From positions 64,001 to 128,000 of the forward strand of contig DXJO01000008.1 of NCBI GenBank assembly GCA_019057475.1: 64,000 bases of DNA, read 5' to 3'. Source of the stretch: Candidatus Thorarchaeota archaeon (lineage in GTDB: Archaea; Asgardarchaeota; Thorarchaeia; Thorarchaeales; Thorarchaeaceae). Below are positions 21,334 to 31,242 of this stretch, piece after piece. Under the pieces are notes generated by a model. It was not told where the DNA came from. It worked only from the letters and a program-made list of their open reading frames with translations, and searched no databases. Numbering within the stretch: position 1 is the first letter of the stretch; the number at the start of each line of letters is the position of its first letter. A program made the translations under genes and the position numbers.

Positions 21334-21672
21334 TTGTCGATGACGGTACGATTAGATTCCATCTCTAGGGCTTTCAGCGAAGGAAGGACGGTATGCAATA
21401 GACTTGGCTGCGTCATTCTGTATACGGGTGACAGTTGCGCACTGTGTGATGTCGCTATGGAGGTTCTGCAAGAGGTCGTTACCGAGTTCGGTCTTCCCCT
21501 CGACATTGTTACTGAGGTGGATATCGACACAGCCAATGATTGCGACCTTTCCGGTATTGTCGCTCTTCCCACGATGAGCATCTGTGGAAAAGTCATTCCC
21601 GGATTGCCGGATGTCGATGATGTTAGAGGAGCTCTCATGAATGCAATTCTCGGGGGTTGCCTCTTTAGGTAG
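21334..21672 (+). CDS. Thioredoxin/glutaredoxin-fold protein
   Basis: LYTGDSCALC CxxC motif, EVDID, cis-Pro loop VALPT. Confidence 0.75.
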   Translation: MSMTVRLDSISRAFSEGRTVCNRLGCVILYTGDSCALCDVAMEVLQEVVTEFGLPLDIVTEVDIDTANDCDLSGIVALPTMSICGKVIPGLPDVDDVRGALMNAILGGCLFR

Positions 21673-21697
21673 GCATGCTCTGACTGCTCGCTTCTTT

Positions 21698-22957
21698 CTA
21701 CACCCGTTTGAGGATAACTAAGTGCTCTGTAGCCATTCTGCTGTCCGCATAGCCCGATGCCGGGTTAACTTCTGATTTGAACATGGATCGCGAAACTATC
21801 GGGTCTACGTAAGTGACAAGATGCTTCCAGCCCATTTCCGTGAGATGTTCAACCAAAATCTCATCAATGGGGATTGATCTTGTCCTAATCTTGGCAGGCC
21901 CAACGAATATGCACATGTAGTCATTGACTCTCTCTCCAAGAGTCGCGAATGCATTTATTGTTCCATGGAAGTACCTGTCATACAGCTGGACAAGGTGGTC
22001 CTCAACTATCTCCTTTCTGTAAGCTTGATACTTCTCAGAGTGAATGTGAATCTCGTCAACAGAGTTGTACGGGAGTTCTTTCTTGCTCAACGATCTCACG
22101 TATTCCTCATTATGCCCCAGCCAGAAGAGTTCGAGCTTCGTCGACCTGATGTACTCCTGAGCTTGCAGGTAGGGCGGAGATGTAATGAGAATATCCACAT
22201 CTCTGTCTAGCTCGGTGTTGAGGGAATCAATCCCTGATCTCAGCTTGTGCTTCACCGGTTGAGGATTGAGATTGCTGTGTTCCTTCATCTTGTTGAGGAG
22301 TTTCTCAATCTGCTTTTCCAGCATGCTGTAGAACTCGGTTTCCCAATCTGTCCCCAGCAGCCGCTCTACCTTCTTCTTCGAGTGTCTGGATTTGTACAGC
22401 TTGTGCACCTTCTCATCACTGTATGAGAAGTATCTGGTTGCCTTCAGAAGAGGAATCGAGAGCATTTTCTTCGTCTTGCCCTTTGTTGCATGAACTAGTC
22501 CCCATGCCTTTGAGATAGTTGGGAGAAACTCTTCCGGGAACCAATACGTCAGGTTTGACCAGTCAGGAATGAATTCATGGTCAGAATTGCGCACTCTGGC
22601 AACTAGTTCTTGAACGTTGATTTTTGGGGCTTTCATGACTGCAGTGTCATGGAATAGGTTCATTATGGGATTCAGGTCCCAGAGCTCGTAGTCATGACCG
22701 TATACCCTTGACACAACGCCAACTGTGCCATAACCCGCAAAGGGATCGAACACGACTGACCCTGGTTCCGCGTATTTCTTCAGAGTGTAGGCGATAACCT
22801 GAGGGATGAACTTGGCTGGGTACTTGTAGATGGAGAAGGTTCCATAGGTCGTCTTGGGAATCTCTGGGACCGAGTTCCTGAACACCACGTCGACTCTCGG
22901 AGCAGCATCCTGATTGGATTGCGTGGTTCCGTTGGATGGTGTTCTGCCTTTGCTCAT
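21698..22957 (-). CDS. DNA methyltransferase, N4-cytosine type (amino-MTase)
   Basis: YKYPAKF, DPFAGYGT, TSPPY. Confidence 0.85.
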   Translation of the reverse strand: MSKGRTPSNGTTQSNQDAAPRVDVVFRNSVPEIPKTTYGTFSIYKYPAKFIPQVIAYTLKKYAEPGSVVFDPFAGYGTVGVVSRVYGHDYELWDLNPIMNLFHDTAVMKAPKINVQELVARVRNSDHEFIPDWSNLTYWFPEEFLPTISKAWGLVHATKGKTKKMLSIPLLKATRYFSYSDEKVHKLYKSRHSKKKVERLLGTDWETEFYSMLEKQIEKLLNKMKEHSNLNPQPVKHKLRSGIDSLNTELDRDVDILITSPPYLQAQEYIRSTKLELFWLGHNEEYVRSLSKKELPYNSVDEIHIHSEKYQAYRKEIVEDHLVQLYDRYFHGTINAFATLGERVNDYMCIFVGPAKIRTRSIPIDEILVEHLTEMGWKHLVTYVDPIVSRSMFKSEVNPASGYADSRMATEHLVILKRV

Positions 22958-22986
22958 TGTTGTACACTCTTGAGAGTTCTTCAGAT

Positions 22987-23697
22987 TTAGGACTGTTTAC
23001 TGTTCCTGTCTGTATGAAGGAACGCTCTTCTGCGTTTTCCACAGACCGTAATGGCTCCCATCTTCCTCAAGCAATATGTCATCTTCTGCACCAGCCATCT
23101 CGGTTTGTCAGTGGCCTTGGCAAGGTCTGCATTAGTAAACGGTCTGGTCAGTGAATCTGGAATGAACGCGAGGAACTCCTCAGGTTTCTCGAAGAGATAC
23201 TGGTCAGTAACCTCGACCAGCCTGCGGTCGACGATACTCCACCCTTTGCGCCTCCAGCTCCCCTTTCCGTCATTGCGCCTGATTTCCTCTTCGCGGATGA
23301 GCAGAATTTCGAGTGAGAAGTTCTGATGAGCGACGAGTTCTGGGAAACTCACGAGTTCCTCAAACAGGTTCTCAAGCGACTTCCTCTTGGGTGAACGCCG
23401 TTTCCCGAGTTCGACGCTGCCGTCGAGGCTCTCCCGGACTATCCATTTCTCGTGGGCGAGCGGATGAACGAGCCGCACCTGATGACTCCCAATCAGGGTC
23501 ATTAGTTTCTGCTTGATAGCAGAGAAGTTGCTGGTCTGAATCTCGATAAGCAAGTCGCCACGCACTATGTCAATTACAAAACCATCAACTGGTACTTCCA
23601 AGAGGTCTCCTGAGTTGCTGTACCATTGCTTCAATGCAGCATGCAAAGAGCTCTCAGCCAGTACTCCAATGCCTTGAGAGCCTCCCTCAGAAGCCAT
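22987..23697 (-). CDS. PD-(D/E)xK nuclease-like protein with C-terminal winged helix
   Basis: ESSLHAALK...EV...IDI...IEIQT pattern; C-terminal HTH-like FTNADLAK...YCLRKMG; GGAGTGA SD-like site before ATG 23697. Confidence 0.6.
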   Translation of the reverse strand: MASEGGSQGIGVLAESSLHAALKQWYSNSGDLLEVPVDGFVIDIVRGDLLIEIQTSNFSAIKQKLMTLIGSHQVRLVHPLAHEKWIVRESLDGSVELGKRRSPKRKSLENLFEELVSFPELVAHQNFSLEILLIREEEIRRNDGKGSWRRKGWSIVDRRLVEVTDQYLFEKPEEFLAFIPDSLTRPFTNADLAKATDKPRWLVQKMTYCLRKMGAITVCGKRRRAFLHTDRNSKQS

Positions 23698-23779
23698 GTG
23701 TTTGACTGATGCTTCACTCCTTTTGTCAGTTCTGATAAAAAGATGGCTTCGCGCCATAAACCGAACTCTGCTCCGGGTA

Positions 23780-24559
23780 TTACCCGATAATGACAACGGC
23801 ATCGATGAATAGCTCGTATTCCTCGTCTTCATCGAGGTTCTTGATCAGTGCACGTTCTACCTCAAAGTCACCTCTGATCTCAAGGAGTTGTGACTGGTAC
23901 AGAATTTTGAGTCCCACGTTGCCGAGGAGCATGTTCAGCTCGTCCGGCATCTTGATGTCCTTGCCACATGTCAGCAGAATTACTCGGTCGGTATGATCTG
24001 TGAGCTTAATCGCGGCTTTGATTGATGCATCTCCAGTGTAAATTACCAGAGTTCGCTGATCGTCAAAAACAGTCGGATCGCCTATTGTTCGGTACAACCC
24101 GTTATTCTCAAATTCGGTCTTGCACACGATGTGTTCTGTTTGGACGATATCATCACACTCGGGCTCATCCACCTCGCCACTCTCCCTGCGGCGGTAGCTG
24201 CTGATTGCCTCGTGCAAAGCTTCCGCTGCCAAATTCGAACAGTGCATCTTGATGGGCGGCAAACCGTCCAATTCTCCGGCTACATCCTCGCGCTTGACTT
24301 TCATTGCCTCATCCAAGGTCATTCCTATGACCATCTCCGTGGTCATGCTGCTTGTGGCAATAGCGGAGCCGCAACCGAAGGTTCGGAACTTGGCATCCAC
24401 AATCTTGTCATCTTTCACCTTGATGAAGACCTCCATAATGTCTCCACACGTTGGATTGCCAACAGTTCCAGAAGCCACGTCATCTCCCTCGAGAGTACCA
24501 ACGTTTCTTGGATTTCGGAAGTGGTCTAGAACCTTTTCAGAGTACTTTGTTGACTTCAT
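23780..24559 (-). CDS. iscU: Fe-S cluster scaffold IscU/NifU fused to a thioredoxin-reductase-like NAD(P)-binding domain
   Basis: HFRNPRNVG, NPTCGD, FGCGSA, LPPIKMHCSNL; extra C-terminal domain of about 125 aa. Confidence 0.9.
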   Translation of the reverse strand: MKSTKYSEKVLDHFRNPRNVGTLEGDDVASGTVGNPTCGDIMEVFIKVKDDKIVDAKFRTFGCGSAIATSSMTTEMVIGMTLDEAMKVKREDVAGELDGLPPIKMHCSNLAAEALHEAISSYRRRESGEVDEPECDDIVQTEHIVCKTEFENNGLYRTIGDPTVFDDQRTLVIYTGDASIKAAIKLTDHTDRVILLTCGKDIKMPDELNMLLGNVGLKILYQSQLLEIRGDFEVERALIKNLDEDEEYELFIDAVVIIG

Positions 24560-24569
24560 TAGTCATCAC

Positions 24570-25748
24570 CTATTTTCTGGCCTTGTAGATTGGCGATAAT
24601 TCCCTCAGGCGATTTACCACTTTGGGAACCACCTCGAGAGCCCGGTCGATATCGCTACCTTCATTGAAGCGTCCAACCGTGAACTGCAGTGAGCCGTGTG
24701 CTTCCTCGTGCAGCAAGCCGGTTGCTATTAATGTATGCGACGGCTCAAGGGTCTTTGAGCTGCAAGCTGACCCAGTTGATACTGATATTCCCTCATCTTT
24801 GAAGGAGAGCAGTATCGACTCTCCCTCAATACCATCGAATCTAAAATGAGCGTTACTGGCAAGCCGTTCTTTTTGATGGCCGTTGAGGTAGCTGTCTGGA
24901 ATCTCTTCCAAGACCTGTTTAATCATTCTATCGCGCCAGCCTATGAACCGCTTAACCTCTCTCTTCATTTCTTTCCTCATGATTCGCGCAGCAGCCTGCA
25001 TGCCGATAATGGCTGGCATGTTCTCAGTGCCCGAGCGAAGCCCTCTCTCCTGTCCACCGCCCTGAATCACAGGGTTGGGGCGGGCTCCCTTCCTGATGTA
25101 CAGAATGCCAAGGCCCTTTGGTCCATAGATATCGTTGGACGACAGTGACATCAAGTCGATGTTGTCACGCTTGACATCCAATTCAACCAGCCCCTCGGCA
25201 GCCACTGCGTCGGTGTGAAACTTAATTCCTCTCTCCCTAGCGAGATTTCCAATTTCTGCTACTGGCTGGATTGTACCTATCTCATTGCTTGCATAGCCTA
25301 TGGAGATCAGTATCGTTTGGTCTGTTAGTCTTCTCTCGAGCTTCTTAATGCTCACTCTGCCATACCTATCCACGGGTACCCGCGTAACATTGAAGCCCTG
25401 CATCTGGAGGTACTTGGCGATGTTGCGGATAGAGATGTGTTCAACCTCGGAGATGATGACATGGTTTCCCTTTCTCTTGTTCTTCAGCATGTATCCTAAC
25501 AGGGCGAAATTGTTGGATTCAGTCGCACCGGATGTAAAGACAATCTCATCGTTATCAGCATTGATGAATTTCGCAATCTCCTTTCTGCTCTCCTCAAGTG
25601 CATCTGTAGCAACGTCTCCCACCTTGTGTAGCGCTGAGGGATTCCCGAACTTCTCAGTGAAGAAGGGTATCATCTCATCTATGACTCTAGGATCGACTGG
25701 TTTCGATGACTGGTAGTCCAGATAGATTTCAGGGCGAGAGGTATTCAT
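24570..25748 (-). CDS. iscS: Cysteine desulfurase
   Basis: IYLDY, FTSGATESNN, GGGQERGLRSGT, STGSACSS; the expected PLP-Lys motif SxHK reads SSND here. Confidence 0.88.
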   Translation of the reverse strand: MNTSRPEIYLDYQSSKPVDPRVIDEMIPFFTEKFGNPSALHKVGDVATDALEESRKEIAKFINADNDEIVFTSGATESNNFALLGYMLKNKRKGNHVIISEVEHISIRNIAKYLQMQGFNVTRVPVDRYGRVSIKKLERRLTDQTILISIGYASNEIGTIQPVAEIGNLARERGIKFHTDAVAAEGLVELDVKRDNIDLMSLSSNDIYGPKGLGILYIRKGARPNPVIQGGGQERGLRSGTENMPAIIGMQAAARIMRKEMKREVKRFIGWRDRMIKQVLEEIPDSYLNGHQKERLASNAHFRFDGIEGESILLSFKDEGISVSTGSACSSKTLEPSHTLIATGLLHEEAHGSLQFTVGRFNEGSDIDRALEVVPKVVNRLRELSPIYKARK

Positions 25749-25762
25749 CTTGGTACGTCACC

Positions 25763-26005
25763 TTACTTCAGTCTGCGAATCAGGAAGCGCTGCACTCCAT
25801 CATCAAACTTCTCATAGGAGATGAGTTCATGACCTGTGCGCTTACAGAACCTCTTGATATCCGACTCTGCGCCTGGATCATCAGCGAGCAGCTCTAGAAT
25901 CTCTCCAACTTCGACAGAGCCAATCGATTTCCGTGCCTGCAGGAGCGGCATAGGACAAAAGAGTCCCACACAATCCAATGTCTTAGTTGGTTCAGAATCA
26001 TTCAT
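25763..26005 (-). CDS. tusA: Sulfurtransferase TusA family
   Basis: LDCVGLFCPMP, ADDPG motifs. Confidence 0.9.
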   Translation of the reverse strand: MNDSEPTKTLDCVGLFCPMPLLQARKSIGSVEVGEILELLADDPGAESDIKRFCKRTGHELISYEKFDDGVQRFLIRRLK

Positions 26006-26125
26006 ATTGGCAACACCTAACCATTGTTAAGTTTGGGCTAGGTTCGGTTGAGAACCTTATAACTTTTAGCATAGGTCTGGCGAAAATCAAAAGCGTTTTC
26101 AAGAGGGTGCAACTCCGCGGATGCC

Positions 26126-26950
26126 ATGCCCGACTTCTCAAAACTCCTGAGGAGAGCACGCGATGACGTAAATCTCTGCATTGGGATTTGGTCTGATTTG
26201 CTTGGGTCGCTTTATGGCGACAGCTTGGTTTGTGCCTACTCGAAGGGGTCGGGTGTGAAGCCGTGGGACGGCGAAATCGACTATGTTCCCCTCATCAGTG
26301 ACGTAGATATCCACGTCCATCTAAAACCCGAAGTCCCAATCACCACTGATGATATCAATTCATTCGGGTTGGCAATGAAAACCTCTGCGGAGTATGAGGA
26401 GCGATTCCTAGAAGCGAGCTCAGAACACCTACATATCCCGCGAACTCAGATTACTTTCGTCCGGATGCTTGAAGATATGATCAGTTATGTTGCCCCAAGA
26501 GCATCAGATGTCCAGATGCTGATTGGTCGCTTCAAGGATACCAAACCACTCTTAGCGGAACGAATCCGCGAGATAGACTACGAACAGCTCCTCTCCATGA
26601 AGCCATTTCTTGAGGACATTCCGAGAACACTCATAGATCGTACTGGCCTTGACCTGTGGAACCTGGTTCGACGCTTGACATGGCGGGTTTCCCCGTCACC
26701 GGTCAGACTGATTACACAGCGACACGAGGACCCGTATGAGGTGTGGACCTGGAACCGTACCCGAATTCTATCTGAGCTCGAAGCGATGGATTATGATGCG
26801 ATTGCACAGAATTACAATGACTTCTACGATGCAGGATGGCGTCTGTTCCTCTCAAATTTCAGTGATTCAGGTCTCTATCGTGAGATGATTGAGCATGGCT
26901 ACCACCTGCTATGGGGCTGTGTTCGAGAGGTACAAGAAATCGCAGACTAG
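26126..26950 (+). CDS. Putative nucleotidyltransferase (Pol-beta superfamily) with helical C-terminal domain
   Basis: YSKGS...SDVDIH motif. Confidence 0.55.
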   Translation: MPDFSKLLRRARDDVNLCIGIWSDLLGSLYGDSLVCAYSKGSGVKPWDGEIDYVPLISDVDIHVHLKPEVPITTDDINSFGLAMKTSAEYEERFLEASSEHLHIPRTQITFVRMLEDMISYVAPRASDVQMLIGRFKDTKPLLAERIREIDYEQLLSMKPFLEDIPRTLIDRTGLDLWNLVRRLTWRVSPSPVRLITQRHEDPYEVWTWNRTRILSELEAMDYDAIAQNYNDFYDAGWRLFLSNFSDSGLYREMIEHGYHLLWGCVREVQEIAD

Positions 26951-26964
26951 TCCTTCGTGGGTTG

Positions 26965-27438
26965 TTACTGAGTATCATTGAGATGACGCAGCCAGATTAC
27001 ACCATCATCTTGGGGGTAGAATGAGGGGAGATTCGCAACTTCTTCGAAGCCTAATGACCTGTAGAATGACCTTCCGCCATCATTCCCATGTTCCATAAAC
27101 AGATACAGAACTCTGAGGCGGTATCCGTTCTCTTCGTAGAAACCAGCAGCATCCTTGATGAGCGCCTTCATGAGTGCACTAGCTACTCCCTTGCGGCGGA
27201 ATGCAAGATTCACGCCAAGCCCAGCTATCTCAACTACGCCATCGTCGAGACCTCCTCTTGTGTCCCAGGAGAGAGACCCCGCCAGGTTACTATCCACGAA
27301 ACCGAGGATTGTCTTGAATTTGAGGGTCAGGTCATCTGCAAACGCCTTCGCGCGCTCTTGATGATTCTCGATGTCCTTAAGGTACATTTTCTCCAATAGG
27401 GTTCTGTCAGTTTGAACGGCCTTGCGTATCTCTGGCAT
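26965..27438 (-). CDS. GNAT family N-acetyltransferase
   Basis: LGV...FRRKGVA motif A, N...SFYRSLGF motif B. Confidence 0.85.
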   Translation of the reverse strand: MPEIRKAVQTDRTLLEKMYLKDIENHQERAKAFADDLTLKFKTILGFVDSNLAGSLSWDTRGGLDDGVVEIAGLGVNLAFRRKGVASALMKALIKDAAGFYEENGYRLRVLYLFMEHGNDGGRSFYRSLGFEEVANLPSFYPQDDGVIWLRHLNDTQ

Positions 27439-27458
27439 ATCTGTTTCTCCATCTTGAT

Positions 27459-27878
27459 TCATTTGGGTTCCGCACTGCTCTGCGTTCTCTCTTGCTCTAG
27501 CTCTTGATGCATTGCTCTGCATCTGCCAAGCCAGAGAATCTCATACTCCTCAGCACTGATGATTCTGTCGTGAAGGTTGGGAATCCCGCGAATACCTGCT
27601 TCCTTGCACCACTCGACGCATATCCTGTACTCCTCCCAATCCATCTCCATGTCTTCCCACTCACATAGAATATCGGAGTGTCCTTTCAGGTGCCATACAA
27701 GGGCCCTCGTGTGTCCATCAGTGGATATCATCTCCCCATCTAGCTTCTTGATTGGCACTGGCGGTATCTTGTGCGCTTCATCTTTGTCGAAGGCCTCTAG
27801 GATTCTATCGAGTTTCTTGCGACTAATGTATAGCTGACTGGGCTGAATGTCCTCAAGGTTCATCCGAAATGTGGTCAT
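27459..27878 (-). CDS. ParB/Srx-like domain protein
   Basis: IQPSQ...PVPI...DGHTRA motif. Confidence 0.6.
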   Translation of the reverse strand: MTTFRMNLEDIQPSQLYISRKKLDRILEAFDKDEAHKIPPVPIKKLDGEMISTDGHTRALVWHLKGHSDILCEWEDMEMDWEEYRICVEWCKEAGIRGIPNLHDRIISAEEYEILWLGRCRAMHQELEQERTQSSAEPK

Positions 27879-28020
27879 CGATTTTCTTGGCTCCGCCACA
27901 CTGGACAATCAGCTCTCGGACCTTATGTTTCCTCTTGTGGATACGCACATCAAGGGCAATTTATTAAACCCCTTCAGTTCGGGTGAATGCTGTTGTTCTT
28001 TCATAAAATGTGTGCTGCAA

Positions 28021-29145
28021 ATGACCGGAGATCTGACAATAGTGAAAAGCCGTGCTGCTGTTATTCCTGCACCTAACGCCTCGATTGAGATTAGAGAGTT
28101 CGAAGTTCCTGAACTAGTTCCGGGCTCTGCTTTACTGAAGGTCGCCAATGCTGGTGTGTGTGGAACAGATGTTCATCTTTGGCATGGAAAACTAGCAGGT
28201 GTTCCTTATCCTCTAATTCCTGGTCATGAAGCTGTTGGAACTATTGAGAGGATTGGTCCCAGCCCGATTAGCTATCTAAACGGCCAAGAGATCAAAGTTG
28301 GCGATAGAGTAACATTTCATGACGTGACGAAGACATGCTTCTCCTGCTACTACTGTCTCATCGCGAAGACTCCTACGAAATGTCCAAACCGAGTTGTGTA
28401 TGGGATAACAATGGACTCGACCAAGTTCCCCCATTTGATTGGTGGTTACAGCGAGTACGTATATCTCATTCCCGGTACGCACATCATCAGAGTACCCGAT
28501 CATGTCAGTTTTGATGGTGCCATCTCGGTGGGATGTGCGCTTCCTACTGCCATCCACGCAGTGACACGGAGTCCAATGAAGCATGGCCTTAATGTTGCAG
28601 TTCAGGGCGCAGGGCCTGTTGGGCTAATGATTGCAATCCTTGCTAAGATAACCGGGGCAGCAACGATTACCTCAATTGACCAGGCACCCAATAGGTTAGA
28701 GGTTGCGAGGCGATTTGGAGTGACTCACACACTCAACATCCGTGAAACCGACCTAGAAGAGCGAAAGCAAGCCTTGCGTGAGATATCGGACGGACATGGA
28801 CCCGATATTGTGTATGAAGCAACTGGAAACGCTCTAGCCGTTCCAGAAGGTATCGAACTTGTCCGCGAGGGTGGCACATACACTATCTGCGGGCAATACA
28901 CTGATAGTGGGACCGTGGAAATGAATCCACATCTCATGAACCGCAAACATCTGGACATTCGAACCGTTTGGGGCTCAGAAACCACCCATGTGTATCAGGC
29001 AATACGCACAATCGCCAACAATTATGATCGATTCCCATTTGAGGACCTTGTCACACATAGCTTCAAACTTGATGAGGCTCAGAAAGCCCTTGAAACCCAA
29101 CGTGATCAGAAGTCACTGAAAGCTGTAATCAGACCACATGAATAG
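28021..29145 (+). CDS. Zinc-binding alcohol dehydrogenase (MDR family)
   Basis: GVCGTD, GHE, structural Zn CxxCxxCx7C, GAGPVG. Confidence 0.92.
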   Translation: MTGDLTIVKSRAAVIPAPNASIEIREFEVPELVPGSALLKVANAGVCGTDVHLWHGKLAGVPYPLIPGHEAVGTIERIGPSPISYLNGQEIKVGDRVTFHDVTKTCFSCYYCLIAKTPTKCPNRVVYGITMDSTKFPHLIGGYSEYVYLIPGTHIIRVPDHVSFDGAISVGCALPTAIHAVTRSPMKHGLNVAVQGAGPVGLMIAILAKITGAATITSIDQAPNRLEVARRFGVTHTLNIRETDLEERKQALREISDGHGPDIVYEATGNALAVPEGIELVREGGTYTICGQYTDSGTVEMNPHLMNRKHLDIRTVWGSETTHVYQAIRTIANNYDRFPFEDLVTHSFKLDEAQKALETQRDQKSLKAVIRPHE

Positions 29146-30346
29146 ACAGGGAGCCAAGCGCATGGATTACCAACTTGAGATTGAGAAGAGTCAGCAAGCA
29201 TGTGAGATACTCGACGAACTCGACATCGCATCTTGGCTAGTCTGGGTCCGTGAGACCTCTCAGACTCCTGACCCAGTTCTGGAACTAATCCTGGGTGGTG
29301 ATGTGGTTTGGCAATCTGCTTTCCTCTTCACCAAGGATGGTGAGAAGATTGGCATTGTTGGGAACTTCGATGTCGATGCAATTGAAGCAAAGGGCATCTA
29401 TGACCGAGTTGTTCCGTACACCGAGGGTATCAGAGACCAACTGATTTCAGAACTCGATAAATTCCGCCCTCGTCAGGTTGCAATCAACTTCAGCAAAGAC
29501 AATGTGGCTGCTGATGGTCTGACTGTGGGAATGTTGTTGAAGCTCAAAGAGTATCTGAAAGACACTCCTTACCTGACTCGTTTGGTGAGCGCGGAGGAAA
29601 TCATCACACGACTCCGGGGTCGCAAGACCGAAAAAGAGGTTACCTGCATTAGGTCAGCTATTGAGGTAACCGAGGCAATTTACGACCGGGCCAAGAGTTT
29701 TGTCAAAGTAGGGATGACCGAGATCGAGGTGTACCAGCATTTTCATGAACTCATGAAGGAACACAAAGTCACTAGTGCTTGGAACGCGGACCACAACCCC
29801 GCTGTCGATGCTGGTCCAGACAAGCAGTTTGGACACTCAGGACCAACCGGGAATAAAATCAAGAAGGGACACCTATTGCACTTTGACTTCGGAGTGCGCT
29901 GGCAGGGCTATTGTTCGGACATTCAACGTATGTTCTTCTTCGGGCCTAAGTCGGCGATACCTGAGGAAGTGCAGACGGCATTCGAAACGGTGCGTGATGC
30001 GATTCAGGAAGCCTCTCTTTATATCTCCCCTGGAGTTCTGGGTTACGAGGTGGATGCACTAGCCCGCAAGTTCGTAAAAGATAGGGGCTACGAGGAGTAT
30101 CAACATGCTCTCGGCCATCAGGTTGGTCGGCGCGCACATGACGGTGGGACCCTCCTTGGTCCATTGTGGGAGCGATATGGAACCAGCCCGAAGGGCGTTG
30201 TTGAGGCCGGAAACGTCTTCACGCTTGAGCTCTACGTGACAACGAGTAACTATGGACAAGTCAGTCTAGAAGAGGACATTCTGGTCACTCGAAGCGGCTG
30301 TCGATTCCTATCTAACCCGCAGAGCGAACCAATTTGTATAGAATAA
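29138..30346 (+). CDS. Xaa-Pro aminopeptidase (M24 family)
   Basis: DFG...YCSDIQR, HALGHQVG, FTLE, EED. Confidence 0.9.
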   Translation: MNRQGAKRMDYQLEIEKSQQACEILDELDIASWLVWVRETSQTPDPVLELILGGDVVWQSAFLFTKDGEKIGIVGNFDVDAIEAKGIYDRVVPYTEGIRDQLISELDKFRPRQVAINFSKDNVAADGLTVGMLLKLKEYLKDTPYLTRLVSAEEIITRLRGRKTEKEVTCIRSAIEVTEAIYDRAKSFVKVGMTEIEVYQHFHELMKEHKVTSAWNADHNPAVDAGPDKQFGHSGPTGNKIKKGHLLHFDFGVRWQGYCSDIQRMFFFGPKSAIPEEVQTAFETVRDAIQEASLYISPGVLGYEVDALARKFVKDRGYEEYQHALGHQVGRRAHDGGTLLGPLWERYGTSPKGVVEAGNVFTLELYVTTSNYGQVSLEEDILVTRSGCRFLSNPQSEPICIE

Positions 30347-30349
30347 GAT

Positions 30350-31162
30350 TCAGGAATTCGCCAGTTCATCCATTGCTCCGGTTCGATACCCTCTAGCGTC
30401 GATAGCAACATAGGTGAATCCAACGGAGATTGCCAACTCGTTTAGCTCGTCGAGTTTGTTGGTGTCGAAGAGTTTGTCACGCTCGTCAGAACCTACTTCT
30501 ATTCGCACAAGATCACCGTGGAATCGAGCTCGGATTGTACGGACTTCGAATATTCGTCTGACTGCTTGTTCAATCGTATCTACCATGGTGACATATTTCT
30601 TTGTGATCTGCACTCCGTAAGGAAATCTGGTTGCTAAGCATGCCATGGAGGGTCTGTCTGCAACAGATAGTCCGTTCTCTCTTGCGTACTTGCGAATCTC
30701 ATCCTTCGTCATGCCTGCATCCAAAAAGGGTGATGTCACTCCCATCTCTCTGAGAGCACGTTCGCCAGGTCTGTGGCCTTTCAGATCACTTGCGCTTGTG
30801 CCTTCAACGACCATGTCGAAACCTCGTTTGCTAGCGTATTCAATCCAGACCTTAGCCAGCTTCTTCTTGCAGAGGTAACATCGGTCGCGGGGGTTCTTTG
30901 TGAACTCATCATCGTCCAGATGATCCACATGGATTATCTCAGACCCAATTTTCAGCTCGTCTGCGACTTTCTTTGCATTTACAAGTTCAGACTGGGGTGA
31001 CAGAATACTATCGATGGTGAGTAACACAACTCTGTCTGCATGCTTCTTAGCGAGGAGTGCAAGGACAGAGCTATCAACACCGCCGCTAAACGCAACTAAT
31101 ACTCGTTGTCCATTCAGAAGGCGCGCGATTTTGCTAAACTTATCCTTGGAGTGTTCATTCAT
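30350..31162 (-). CDS. larE: ATP-dependent sacrificial sulfur transferase LarE family
   Basis: PP-loop AFSGGVDS, RCYLCK, RPG, PSMACLATRFPYG. Confidence 0.88.
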   Translation of the reverse strand: MNEHSKDKFSKIARLLNGQRVLVAFSGGVDSSVLALLAKKHADRVVLLTIDSILSPQSELVNAKKVADELKIGSEIIHVDHLDDDEFTKNPRDRCYLCKKKLAKVWIEYASKRGFDMVVEGTSASDLKGHRPGERALREMGVTSPFLDAGMTKDEIRKYARENGLSVADRPSMACLATRFPYGVQITKKYVTMVDTIEQAVRRIFEVRTIRARFHGDLVRIEVGSDERDKLFDTNKLDELNELAISVGFTYVAIDARGYRTGAMDELANS

Positions 31163-31242
31163 CGAAGTCTTGCCTGCTTTCGAGCTGATGGTCTTAAGGA
31201 TTGGCAAACTGACAATGCTTGAGGATCTTTCCGGGCTCTCGA

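Noticed and set aside
23780-26005. IscS near nuclease and methylase genes as a possible Dnd/Ssp phosphorothioation system
   Set aside because: No DndC/D/E or Ssp homologs visible; the tusA-iscS-iscU context indicates Fe-S/sulfur relay
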